DNA of 64,000 bases, from positions 2,117,308-2,181,307 of the forward strand of contig MU061578.1 in the NCBI GenBank assembly GCA_013265495.1, read 5' to 3'. The position numbers and the translations under genes were made by a program. This DNA comes from Vicugna vicugna (Eukaryota). The notes under the pieces were generated by a model. It saw only the letters and a program-made list of their open reading frames with translations. It did no database searches and was not told the origin of the DNA. How positions within the stretch are numbered: the first letter of the stretch is position 1; the number at the start of each line of letters is the position of its first letter. Positions 12,091-23,068 of the stretch are shown here, one piece after another.

Positions 12091-13084
12091 TAGCGCCCAG
12101 CAAAGCACGGCCCTTCACAGTCACAGCTGATGTTCCAAAAGCAGCAGCGCCTCATTCCTCAAGGCACAGTGGCTGCCCCAAATCCTGCCACCGGCATCCT
12201 ACCTCCCCCCTCTTCCCCGGGGAAGATGACCCCTAATAGGGCCTCTGGCCACGTCTGGGTCTCACCTCTACTGGCCAAGAGCAAAGCCAGGACTCCCAAT
12301 GGGCCTTTTTATATGAGTCCTTCACCTCCTGGCACATGGTCAGCCTGTGAGTTTTTCGGCAACAACTTGGTCGATGCCCCACCAGGAACATCTGATCCAG
12401 GACGGGCGGCCCGCCAGGGAGCGCCCACTGTCTGTCCCACAGCACACAAACTCACACACAGCTGGAGTCTCCCTCCAAGACAATCCCACCGGGAAGAGGA
12501 AACAGCATTCTCTTAAGGGCTTTCTGGAGGTGACAATGTTGGGGAAAGAAAGATAGATTTCCTCCTTGCCTCCTTCACCTCCGGCTGACTTCGCATGTGT
12601 CGAAAGTGAGGCTCAGCTCACATAGCTTCCAAGGGGTCAAATCAGGATTTGAATTTGGATCTAACTGAGAAATGCAGCTAAAGGACATGAATATGCTTCT
12701 GGCCAAGAAAAGCTGCTCTGTCCTCGGGTGTCTGTTCCCACCCCGTCCACTGCTAGGGTGAACCAGCTCTCCTGTGGCCGTGCCAACAACACTGGGATGA
12801 AGTTTAAGAATATAATCCACAAAGGGGTTCACATATCTGTGCACCCCATTCACACATTACTGCCTCTCCCTCCCTGCCAATCCTGCAGCCCCCAAGTTTG
12901 TTCAGAGCCCCTAACGGCTGCAACCCCTGATGACACACATGCCATTTACACGGGCAAGTAAAATTGAATTTACACAGTGCAAGGTGTACAGCCCACACAA
13001 GCTGCTTTGTTACACACACCTATTGCATTTGATTCTTTCCTTCAGAACGCCGTCGCATAACTGTTCACTCGTTGCTAGGATGTT

Positions 13085-13325
13085 TAATCAGTGTTGTCTT
13101 TTACATCAGGATAAACACTAAGTCTGATTCATTACTATGTTCACATGTCTGGCATGGAGTGGACACAATATGAATGTGTTGACTGAAGGATGGATGGATG
13201 GAAAGATGGATGATGGATGGATTAATGGGTGGATGAGTGGGTGGATTGATGGGTGGATGAATGATTGAAAGAAAGAAGGAAGGAAGGAAAGGATGACGGA
13301 TGAATGGATAGGTGCGTGGATGAGT
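13085..13325 (+). repeat. L2 3' end running into a degenerate (TGGA)n satellite
   Basis: GGATGGATGGATGG tract at about 13187-13322 following an L2-like tail. Confidence 0.75.
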
Positions 13326-13444
13326 GTGAAGTCTACTGATCCACTGAGCCCTGTTCAGACACAATTTGCAACTTGTCCAATACGCTGTTGCTGACAAATT
13401 CAGCCTCACCAGGTCAACCTCTTTGGAATATTCCCCAGATTTCT

Positions 13445-13570
13445 GAGGATGCCTCATTAGCTCCATTTCACAGATAAGTAAATAAATATGCAGAAAAGTT
13501 AAGAGCCTTGGCCAAGGTGCCCCCGGGGATTAATGACAGAAGAGCCAGGAGACCCAGGGTCTCCCGAGGC
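13445..13570 (-). mobile_element. MIR
   Basis: CCATTTCACAGATAAG...TTGGCCAAGGT. Confidence 0.6.
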
Positions 13571-14889
13571 CTTGTCTAAGCTTCTTCTTCCATCCTTTCC
13601 TGGCACCAGATGCCCTGAATCTCAGTTAGCCCTGTGGCTTGACTGAGGAACTCTTTGTGTCGCACTTTCTTTTGACATGGAGATATTTCCCACCCTCCCC
13701 CCACTCAAGCAGGCACCAGGTTCTGAGTTCACGGGTATGTGGACTATGGAGAGTGATTCTCAAACTCACAGGCAGAAGAACCAAATGGGGAGTCCACTGT
13801 GGAGTCCTGGGCCTCATCCACAGATTTTTTTTATTTCCTAAACCTGCAGTAGAATAGGGGAAACTACACCTTTAAATAATGATCCCAGAATGATGCTGAG
13901 ACAGGTGATCCGTAGACTGCACCTGGAAAAGCTGGCTTAGGCTTAACAGAGGTGTTGATCTGGTCTGCGGAGGACCCGTGTCTGGGCACTGAGGTCCAGG
14001 GACAGCCCCCTTAGGGGTGACAGAATCTCTGATGAGAACACAGGAACAGAGGCTGGAGAACAGCAGTTAGGGACCCCACGTTCGCTTCTGATCAAGCTGA
14101 GCTCCTCGTGGGAAGCTTGGCAGGCCCTCTGGAGCAATCAGACCCCACAGCTGGTAGAGGATCAGCACGGGAACGGACACTGCTTATCCCAAGGAGCAAC
14201 AGTAAAGGTGGCAGCCACAGCAGACGAGGGATCAGCCCCTCCTCCCCTCCCTGGGCCCTCTGCTGGGCTAGGATTCTAAATAATAGGAACTCTACTAATG
14301 CCTGATTTCTGATTTCCATCTACCCAGGAAGCTGATGTTTCAGTGTCCAATTTAATTTAGACAAAATACCAAAATTATGGCATTTCCGGTTCTCCAGCAC
14401 TGAGCAGAAAATTCACATCAGTACATTCCTTTATTCTTCTGGAGCAGACCCAGGCCTGCAAAGAGGATTCTCCGGAGTTTCTGTACTACAGCTCCTGCTC
14501 ATTCTTGCCTTGTGTGGAGCAAGACACACTAGAGACGCAGGGAGAAGCTATGAATTCCTGGGAAGAGTTTTTAGTTTCTCTGGGCTCTCATCTCTGTGAG
14601 AAAAAAAAAAGAAGTGAAATAACTCCTGCCTAGTTCAATTAAAATGGCCAGGTAGGATGTCTCAGAAGATTCCATGGCTGCAGTATTTAACTGAGCACAT
14701 ATTATGTGCTGGGTATGTTACTGGAAACAGTTGTGTGTGAAAAAAAGCACAATCTCTGCTCCCATGGGACCCTAAGTAAATATTAATTTCTTAACCCAAG
14801 ACCCTTTTACTGTCTTAAATTATAGTACTGACTTTCCCCACACACCAAGAAAGTCTTATTTAAATATCTTTTGTTTTGCAAGGCTATTC

Positions 14890-15105
14890 TGTTAAGAATG
14901 GCCATTTGCCAGGTCATGGGCTCAAGGCTTGGCATACATCACCTCATTTAATTGTCATAGCAACCCAGCCAGAGATAACTGTATTATTTCCCCTACCGTA
15001 AAGATGAGGAAATAGACTTGGAAGGTCACTCAGTTAAGTGGGCAGAATTGAGATTCAAACCCAAACCATCTGATTCCAGTCCAGACCCCTAGCCCCTTCA
15101 ACATA
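14890..15105 (-). mobile_element. MIR
   Basis: GATGAGGAAATAGAC...GAGATTCAAACCCA. Confidence 0.75.
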
Positions 15106-15769
15106 CTTACTGCCCAATGTGTAAAGGCAGGGATGGGGACACACACCCCCATCCAACTCTGATCCAAAGCCAAAACGCAACACATTTTAGCCTCCTGCCA
15201 AAGTCCCTGCGTGCCAGCCCACCCCACTACAGCTTCCATAAAGAGTTCATTCTCCTTCCATCCACTGGAATGATTTCATTCTCCCTCCAATTCCTGGTCT
15301 AGAAACTGCTCTGCTGAAATGTTGATTGACCATGGGTGCTCCCAGTGTGGGGGCAAGCCTTTTAATTGCTTCCTGAAGGGGGCTTTTGGGGCTCTTCTGA
15401 GAGCCCTGATTGGAAATTTTAAAGAATGATAATTTCCCAAAGCAAACTGTCATTATAATTCCATAAAACCTCACAGCTAGCATCTTAATCTCCCCGCTGG
15501 TCTGGGCTCAGGCTGGCACCTCTCCATCTCTTCCCAGAGGCTGACTTTGGGAGGGTCCCTCCAACTCTGCATCTGGATTTCCCCTAAGGTCACAACTAGA
15601 GATGGGTTTTCAGTGGAAATTCTAGTATCTTCACAAGCCCAGTATTTCATAATGCTTCCTCCGCTTCCCTGCGATCTCAGGTGACTCTAATCAATGTGGA
15701 AAATGGGGTGGACATGCAGGGTAGGAGAGGGAAAAACAAGGGCTTTAAATTTACCTCACACTCTCTAGG

Positions 15770-15950
15770 TTCCAATCCCTTTGATTCAACAATCCTGTGA
15801 GAAATTGACATTTGCTCTATTTTACAAATAAGGAAATTGAAGCTCAGAGAGGGTAAGCAACCTGACCATGGTCACACAGCAAGCAGGCTCTCAAGTTAGG
15901 ATACCATCCGAAGTCTACCTGATTGTGAAGCCTGTCTCAGCCCACCACAC
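15770..15950 (-). mobile_element. MIR
   Basis: TTTTACAAATAAGGAAATTGAAGCTCAGAGAGGGTAAG. Confidence 0.75.
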
Positions 15951-16399
15951 AGCCAACCTGGAACGAAGCCTCAGTATGCCCAGAACCCCCATGTCCATGA
16001 GCTTGGGGTATGGCTACGGTTCTATGCAAAAGTCTATCTAAACATGCCAATTCTCTGTGGGAGGCTCCAAAACTCAGTGCAGTGGTCTTAAAACACATCC
16101 ACAAATTCTTTGACCCTCTCCCCAAAAGGTGGAGCCAACCATCCAACCCGACCTAAGGTCTGGGCTACACCCTCTTCTTGGGAACTGTGGCAAAGTATCT
16201 TTTCATAGCACTTATCTTCTGATCTGTTGGCCTTACTATCCCTTGAATTAATACACTAGCTCCCAACCCACTTGGGTGGGTCACGTCCTTACTGCCGGCC
16301 TCCGTCTCCTGATCTGGAAGGGAACCACAGCCCAGGTCAGTATTTCTGGACATCCTTCTGAAGTCTTGTGATTCTTGCCACACTTTATGCATTTCTTTA

Positions 16400-16772
16400 A
16401 ATGTACTCTCTTTCTTAAAAAGAACTGGATTTTAAAAGGAAGCTTTATGTAAGTGCAAAATCAATATCACTTGCCATAAATAACAGGCAATCATAGAAAC
16501 ACATACAACGGATGCAATAAATGTAATGAGTTAGGCCCAGGTGGCTTTCCAAGGCTCTGTGCCTGTTTGTAATAAAGGGCAGTTGGTGAGCTCTGGAGAG
16601 GCGTGAAATCCACAGGCACACCAGTCTGAGCCTTTCTCTCTGACGGGATCAGAGAGTTGGATGGAAGGAAAACAGGAAGGAAGAATGCTCCCCTCTGGGA
16701 TGTCCTGTGTTTTGTGCTGTGCCACGTCCACATAAAACCACTTTGCTCCCAGACCTCGTGATTGGAAACGCT
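16400..16772. mobile_element. MER20B-like hAT element
   Basis: AATATCACTTGCCATAAATA and AAGGCTCTGTGCCTG resemble the recalled MER20B consensus. Confidence 0.55.
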
Positions 16773-17726
16773 GAACTCATTCATCCTCTACACCGAGCTT
16801 CCATGAGGTATTTCAGGGCAGAAAGGCCCAGGGGGAGACTAATCAAAGCCTAACTCCCTATGCATGTTACACAAACACAGAACTGTGTGCTAGACCTGAA
16901 ACAGTAGCTCGCTCCCCCTAGGATGGTTAGACAATCTCTGGTTTCCTCTGTGGGTGTCCCTAAGTCCTCACTCTCCCCCCATCATCAGTTTGCCCATCAG
17001 TGAAATGCAGAGACCTGACCCTGACAGCCCCTGTTATCTTGGAGATCCCTCAAAACAGGCTGAGGGTCAAGATGAATTTCAGAGCCGCCCTTGCTCAGAT
17101 GCTCAACGTGTACATGCACATTCGCACAAGCGGGCACACACACGCTCCCCTACTGGCCTCCGCTCGCCTTGGGGACACCGAACAGGAATTGCATTTAGTA
17201 ATCAATTGACTCCCCTTGACTTGGTTTGGTGCCTTTTCTAAATAACAAGAGCCTGGCAACATCAGAGCCTCGCAACAATCTTTATTAATGAAGCTCCCGG
17301 CACCGTGCAGAGAAGACACAGGCAGCATATGCAAACGTGCTAAGGAAATTATTTCCATCAGCTCCAGCTATTTGAAAGCAATTGAAAAGTTTCCATTTGA
17401 AGAAAAAGTAATTTTCCTGATGTGAGTTTCGAGAGCTGTTTGTCTGCCCCCACCTAACGCCGCCACAGCGTCCCCAGCTCCGAGCTTTCTACATTTTATT
17501 AAACCACAGCTAAGTGGCGTCATGCTGTTAAAATATTGTGTCGCTTTTTAAAGTGATATCATTACCTAATAATTTTGAGAGCTTTACTTTTTTTTTCTCT
17601 CTTTGCCAGGAAGGGAAATGGACCAAATGTCGTGGCAGCATCTCAGTATGGTGGAGATGGGGAGTGGGGGGTATGTGGGATTGGGGCCCCAAAATGTGGA
17701 GAACTGAGCTCCAGAGGTCACAAGGA

Positions 17727-17751
17727 ATATATATATATATATATAAATGAA

Positions 17752-17808
<57 letters not shown>
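17727..17808. repeat. Interrupted (TA)n microsatellite
   Basis: Directly visible. Confidence 0.97.
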
Positions 17809-17889
17809 GAATTCCTCCCCATTTCAGGTTTATGGAGAATTGGTGAAGACATGAAATGCAGAGAAACATGGCTGATACAACACTGAACC

Positions 17890-18630
17890 CCAGAGCTGGA
17901 TTTTCCACAAAGCTAATGAGACTTAAACTTCAACTGAATCAACCTTTGCCTTAATTTTATAATTATAATTATGTCTCTTTTAAAGAGTGTGCTTGTTTTC
18001 TATTGTTTTCTCACAAATTCCCATATACTTTGGGGCTTCAAACAACACCCACATATTAGATCAGAGTTCTGCAGGATGGAAGTCTGGCATAGAGTAGCTG
18101 GGGTCTCTGCTTGGAGCCTCACGCACGAGACTGAAATTAAAGAATCCACCTGGCTGAGTTCTGATCTGGAGGCACTGGAGAAAAATCTGCTTCCGAGCTC
18201 GTTCTTCTTCTTGGCAGAACGCAGTCCTTGAGGTTATAAGACGAGTTCTGTTTCCTCGCCGGCTGTCAGCTAGGGGCATTTCTTAGTCTTATAAACCTCT
18301 CTTTTTCTACTACATGCCCCCTCCATCTTCAAGCCATCAAGCATGTATCAAATCTTTCTTGTTGAATCTGAGTTCCTCTTTTCAGCCAAATGGAGAAAAC
18401 TCGTGACTACATCATCCCCAGCCATATTATCTTCCTAAGGTCAACTGTGCCATATATCAACCCAATCACAGAAGTAAAATTTACCATATTCACAGTCCCA
18501 AGGAACAGGCAGGGCCTATACATGAGAGGGGTGGACAATTTCGGTGGCCCATTTTAGAATTCTGCCTACCACAAAGAGAGGTACCAAGTTGTATGAGCTT
18601 CAGGCACCACAAAACTTGGGTCTACTTCTG
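17890..18630 (+). mobile_element. MER91B-like MITE split by an MLT1E LTR
   Basis: CAGAGCTGGATTTTCCACAAAGCTAATGA start; GAGCTTCAGGCACCACAAAACTTGGGTC end. Confidence 0.6.
17988..18573 (-). mobile_element. MLT1E-like solo LTR with 5-bp TSD
   Basis: TGT...TTAGAATTCTGCCTACCACA termini; TSD AAGAG at 17983-17987 and 18574-18578. Confidence 0.85.
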
Positions 18631-18819
18631 CCTGATCCCCTTGACCTTGGAAGTTCCCACCTGGACCACTCAAACAGCTTCAGATTGATCTTGGATCTTT
18701 AACCTCTTTTTTCAGACTCAACAACTCAAAAATTGAGCCCTTCCTCCAAGTGACCTACACAGAAAGTCAAAATGGAGTTGACCATGCAAGGCTATGGGGG
18801 CCACTGGCTGGTTTTTCTG

Positions 18820-19345
18820 AAAACCACTGTCCTCCATTCATGGCCTCCCAGTTTCCTTTCCTGTCAAACTGTTCTCCCACCTTAATCCTGTGTGACTCAG
18901 ACAAGGGCCCCATCTCAGCTCTAAGGATGAGCAAGTGATGCTTATTCGGTCAGTTCAAGACCCCCTCTCCTCTTGACCTCAGTGCTTATATCTGGATGGT
19001 TAAGTGACCCAAGTTTACCCAAGATAGATTGATGGAAGCAGCCAGAAAGGAGCTTTGTTCTTTCATCCACTGAGCAATGAGTGGATATGCCTGGAGTTCA
19101 AGAGGTAACCAGGTGGAGCCTAATACTGAAGTCAGTCCAGAAGAGCAGCCCTGGAAATGCATTCTAAATTACATCATCTGAACCTTTTGACTGTGCTGAG
19201 CCTGACATGAGACTACCCCAGGACAAATTAGTTTATTTCTCTTTCATTTAATTTATTCATTTGTCCATTCATCCATCTATGCATTCATTCCTTCTTCTTT
19301 CTTTGGTGTTGAATTTCTATTCCTTGCAATCAAAATACTAATGTA
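18820..19345 (+). mobile_element. MLT1K/L-like LTR, degraded
   Basis: AAGTGACCCAAG and TTGAATTTCTATTCCTTGCAATCAAAA MaLR-like motifs. Confidence 0.55.
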
Positions 19346-19719
19346 CACACTCATAGCCAGTCTTGATTTCACTCTTACATTCTACCTTCTCACAAAAGCA
19401 ACCCCACCCCACTGCCCATTCTCCAGCCAGACTAAAATGCTTGCCATTCCTGGGAGCATGGTGCTCCCGTTGCCTGGAATATCCATCTTTCACCTCTGCT
19501 TTCCAACATAGCACTCAGCTCAAATGACATCTCTTCTTACCACCCTCCCCATCCTTCTTAAGAGTTAATTTTGTCCTTGTCTTGAATCTCATGACTTTGT
19601 ACCTCCCCCTTTCTTTTTTTTTTTTTTTTTTTTTTGCCTGCTCTTAGTCTTGTCCACATCCCATCCCCATGTGTGGCACACAGTAAGTGACTGGTTGTGT
19701 TGGGGGAAGGGGGGGAACC

Positions 19720-20090
19720 TACCATCATTTCCATTTTAAGATGAAAGAAATTGAGGTTCAAGGAGGTTAGGTTAGACCAATCTGAAACCTAAATCTACAA
19801 TCTTAACCACTATAAAGTGTTTCATGTAATTATCATATCACCATTAATACTGTTTTTAATATTAATAGTAAGGATAACTAAACATTTCACACCTTGGAGC
19901 AATGCCGTAAGAGATCATTTAAATAGATTACCTCTTTTAAGATTCAAAATAATCTTCTAAGACAAACTCTAATGTGATGCTGTTTTGCATACAAGGAAAC
20001 TGAGTCACAGGTAGGTTAGATTGCCCAAGGTCAGACAACTAGAATTTAGACCCAACTATCCTTTCAGAAACCTTGCTCATGGCCACTACA
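19720..20090 (-). mobile_element. MIR fragments
   Basis: GAAGAAATTGAGG-type and AAGGAAACTGAGTCACAG...TTGCCCAAGGTCA cores. Confidence 0.65.
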
Positions 20091-20515
20091 TTTGCAATGT
20101 TTGAAAAGAGAGAAAGACTGATGAAACTTGAATGTGAGCATAAAGTTGAATGCACTGAGAAGCCTGTGCATCCAACCTCAGAGACCCCTTAGAATAATGG
20201 CAAGCGGGGCTCAGAGGATGGGTAAAAATGCCCATTCAGAAGCAGCACCCCTTCTCCATCCCTTCCCAAGACCAGTGTCCCTGGGTCCCAAGCAATGCCA
20301 GGGTCAAAAATTTCCATTTTTCAATCAACGAAGCCAGTCAGTCTGGACTGTGTGTTTCAACAGGAATTTTCTTTCTTCCCCCTTTTTTTTTTTTTCTTTT
20401 TTAATTGGAAGGAAGCTTTAAACACTTTGAAAGTGGCCTCAGGGACCAGCTCACAGCATGCTCTGCATCTCCTCCTTTTGAGGCAAGCGTCCCTACAGCC
20501 ACTTTGCAAGCTCTG

Positions 20516-20588
20516 TTTTCAATTACAAAAGCTTGTTTGAACACGGGCTGTCACAGAGGCTGTTCAAACAGGCTTTTGTAATTGAAAA
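20516..20588. other. Near-perfect inverted repeat (28-bp arms, 17-nt loop)
   Basis: TTTTCAATTACAAAAGCTTGTTTGAACA / TGTTCAAACAGGCTTTTGTAATTGAAAA: 27 of 28 Watson-Crick pairs plus one T-G. Confidence 0.95.
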
Positions 20589-21269
20589 GGAGGAAAAACA
20601 AAAGATTTCTAACCTTCCAAAGCCAAGATCCGAAGGAGCTGGTCAGACAATTGTGGAACCAAAATGGCGCTCCATAGTATGGGGACTGGGGCCAGCCAAG
20701 AAGACAGCTGGGCTCTTTTGCTTAGGCTGAACCGCACCGGAATAAGAGCGTAGAACCTTCAATGTCTGTTTTAGTGTAAAAGTCAGAGGGCTGGAATCTG
20801 ATAGCTGGAACAGACATGAATGGATGTAGAAAGGTACAGTGACTCCCACCAATGGTTACCAAGGAAGAGTATCAGATCATTCACAGACGATCACTCACAC
20901 ATGGCATCAAAAGTCATTGGTACCTGGAATAAGAAAGCCACTTCCTCAAATTTTTTGCCAATATTTTGGAATTTATCAAGCAAAAAGTCTCGCTCTGTTA
21001 TACATATATCTTTAACTCTTTGAATTTCCTTATCTCACACGTGGAGCACTTTGAGAACCTGCATAGAACTTAGTAACATTGTTTTGTTTTCACCATATTT
21101 TAAGGAACATGATAATAACTTCCAACGTAAGTAAATTGCAGTTAAAATTAAATTAATTTTAAAATATTAAGTGAATAGTAGAGGTAGAAGCTAAAAATGT
21201 AGCAAAAGTCACGCTGGCACATGGATACCATAAAAATAAAGAAGTTGAGGAAAACCAAATTTTGGGACA

Positions 21270-21465
21270 CTGGATGGTGGCTAAGAGTTTGGACTGTAGA
21301 GTGACTACACTTCCCAGCTTACCACCTACTAGTTTACCTAACTTGTATAAACCTACACTCCTCCTCTGCAAAACAGGGGTAGTAAAAACATCTAACTTAA
21401 GAGGTTGCTCTGAGGATTTATAAAATAAGCAATCATCAGGTAAATGGAAAACATTATTGCTGTTA
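21270..21465 (+). mobile_element. MIR
   Basis: GTGGCTAAGAG head; CTCTGCAAAACAGGGGTAGTAA core. Confidence 0.7.
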
Positions 21466-21781
21466 AAAATAAGATTACCATTTAGCTTAATGCTTCGCAA
21501 ATAATGAATATGCTCCTTTTTAGAGGGAAAACAACTCTCATGAATCCTCAGTATGGATGAAAGTTTTACAGACCCCACGCGTATGGCTAAGGAAGGATGT
21601 AATTCGTAAACCATGGACTCAGGCATTGCAATCAACCAATCAGTAAAGAGACTGTGTTTTAAGTGATTTATCCGAGGTCGCACAACTATTCACTGATATA
21701 TTTTTGAACTACTGAACAACAGTTGTTAGTAGTGATTGAATCACAAATGTAGTAGAATCCAAATCTCCCTTTTTAAATGAG

Positions 21782-21972
21782 CCGTGGACATTTTGGAGTG
21801 GGCTAATGATTGTATCGGTCTGTCTTGCTCATTGTTGGGCCTTTAGCCTCCCCATTCCCTTCTCTCCCTACACTAAGCCCCAGAAGTACCCCAGCCCCAG
21901 TCAGTGTAACAACCCAAAATTTCACCACACATTTCCAAAGACACCCTAGCACCTCACCCAGGTTAAAAACCT
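21782..21972 (-). mobile_element. MER20-like MITE
   Basis: GACATTTTGG...ACATTTCCAAAGACACCC...GGTTAAAAACC. Confidence 0.55.
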
Positions 21973-22609
21973 CCAGACGTCCCCCATCCATTCCCAGGAG
22001 TGTTTCAGAAATAAGGTTTCTAGTGAAAGACATAGGTGAGCACGGGCAGTAGAGTTGGATGGACCTAGATCCGTGGGGCATGTGATCAATTACACGCAGG
22101 TCTAATGTCAAGTAGCACTGGATTTGGGAGGGAGGCATTGTTCTCAAGTTTTCTCCTTCCTCCTTTCACCAGGAGAGATAACAATATGGCTTAGAATGAC
22201 CTAACATTGCATAGTGGCTTCACTTCGTTCCTCCAGTTCCTAGCTGAGTTAGAACACCACCCCAAGGGAGCAGGGCACCTCTCACCAGGTAAACATGACA
22301 ACAGGTTCTATGAGTGATCTAAGAAAAGCCGAGCTGGCTCATTCGACTCTTAGAGTTGCCATCTGTGATAGTGAGCAGGCCTGGGGGAGCTGGGAGAAGA
22401 GGAGCTGAGACAGCCTTGTGGAGGCCTGTGCTGATGCAAGAGGAAAGAAAGCTCCTCTTTCAGGGAAGAGGATGGAGCAGAGCTGAGGGACTGAGAAGGA
22501 AACCCAATTCTCATGTGCCTGCCCCCGCCCCCGCTTTATATATAGTGTATGTATGTGTATATATAGACTGATATAGCTATAGATAGGTAATAGATACACA
22601 CACATACAC

Positions 22610-23068
22610 ACATACAACATAAAATTCACCATTTGAACCATTTTAAGGTGTGCAATTCATTGGCATTTAGTGCATTCACAATGTTGAACACTTTCATCAT
22701 CCCCAAAACGTAACTCTATACCCATGAGCAGTCACTCCCCATTCCACCTTCCCTCCAGCCTCAGGCAACCACTAGTCCAGTCTACTTCCTGTCTCTATGG
22801 ATTTACCTCTTCTGGACATTTCTTATAAGTGAATTCATACAAAATATGTGACCCTCTGTGTCTGATTTTTTCTACTTAGCAGAATATTTTCAACGTTCCT
22901 GCATGTTGTAGCATGTAGCAGTGCTTCATTCCTTTTGATGGCTGAATACTATTCCATGGTATAGAGAGACTGCAGTTATGTTTATCCATTCAACAGTTTA
23001 CGGACACTGGGCTATTTCCACCTTTTTGCAAATGTGACTAATGATGCCAAGAACATTCGTGTGCAGGT
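22610..23068 (-). mobile_element. L1MB 3' end
   Basis: ATAAAATTCACCATTT...GTCTCTATGGATTTACCT...GGCTGAATACTATTCCAT. Confidence 0.85.

Noticed and set aside
17528..17908. IY-repeat ORFs
   Set aside because: These are translations of the (TA)n microsatellite
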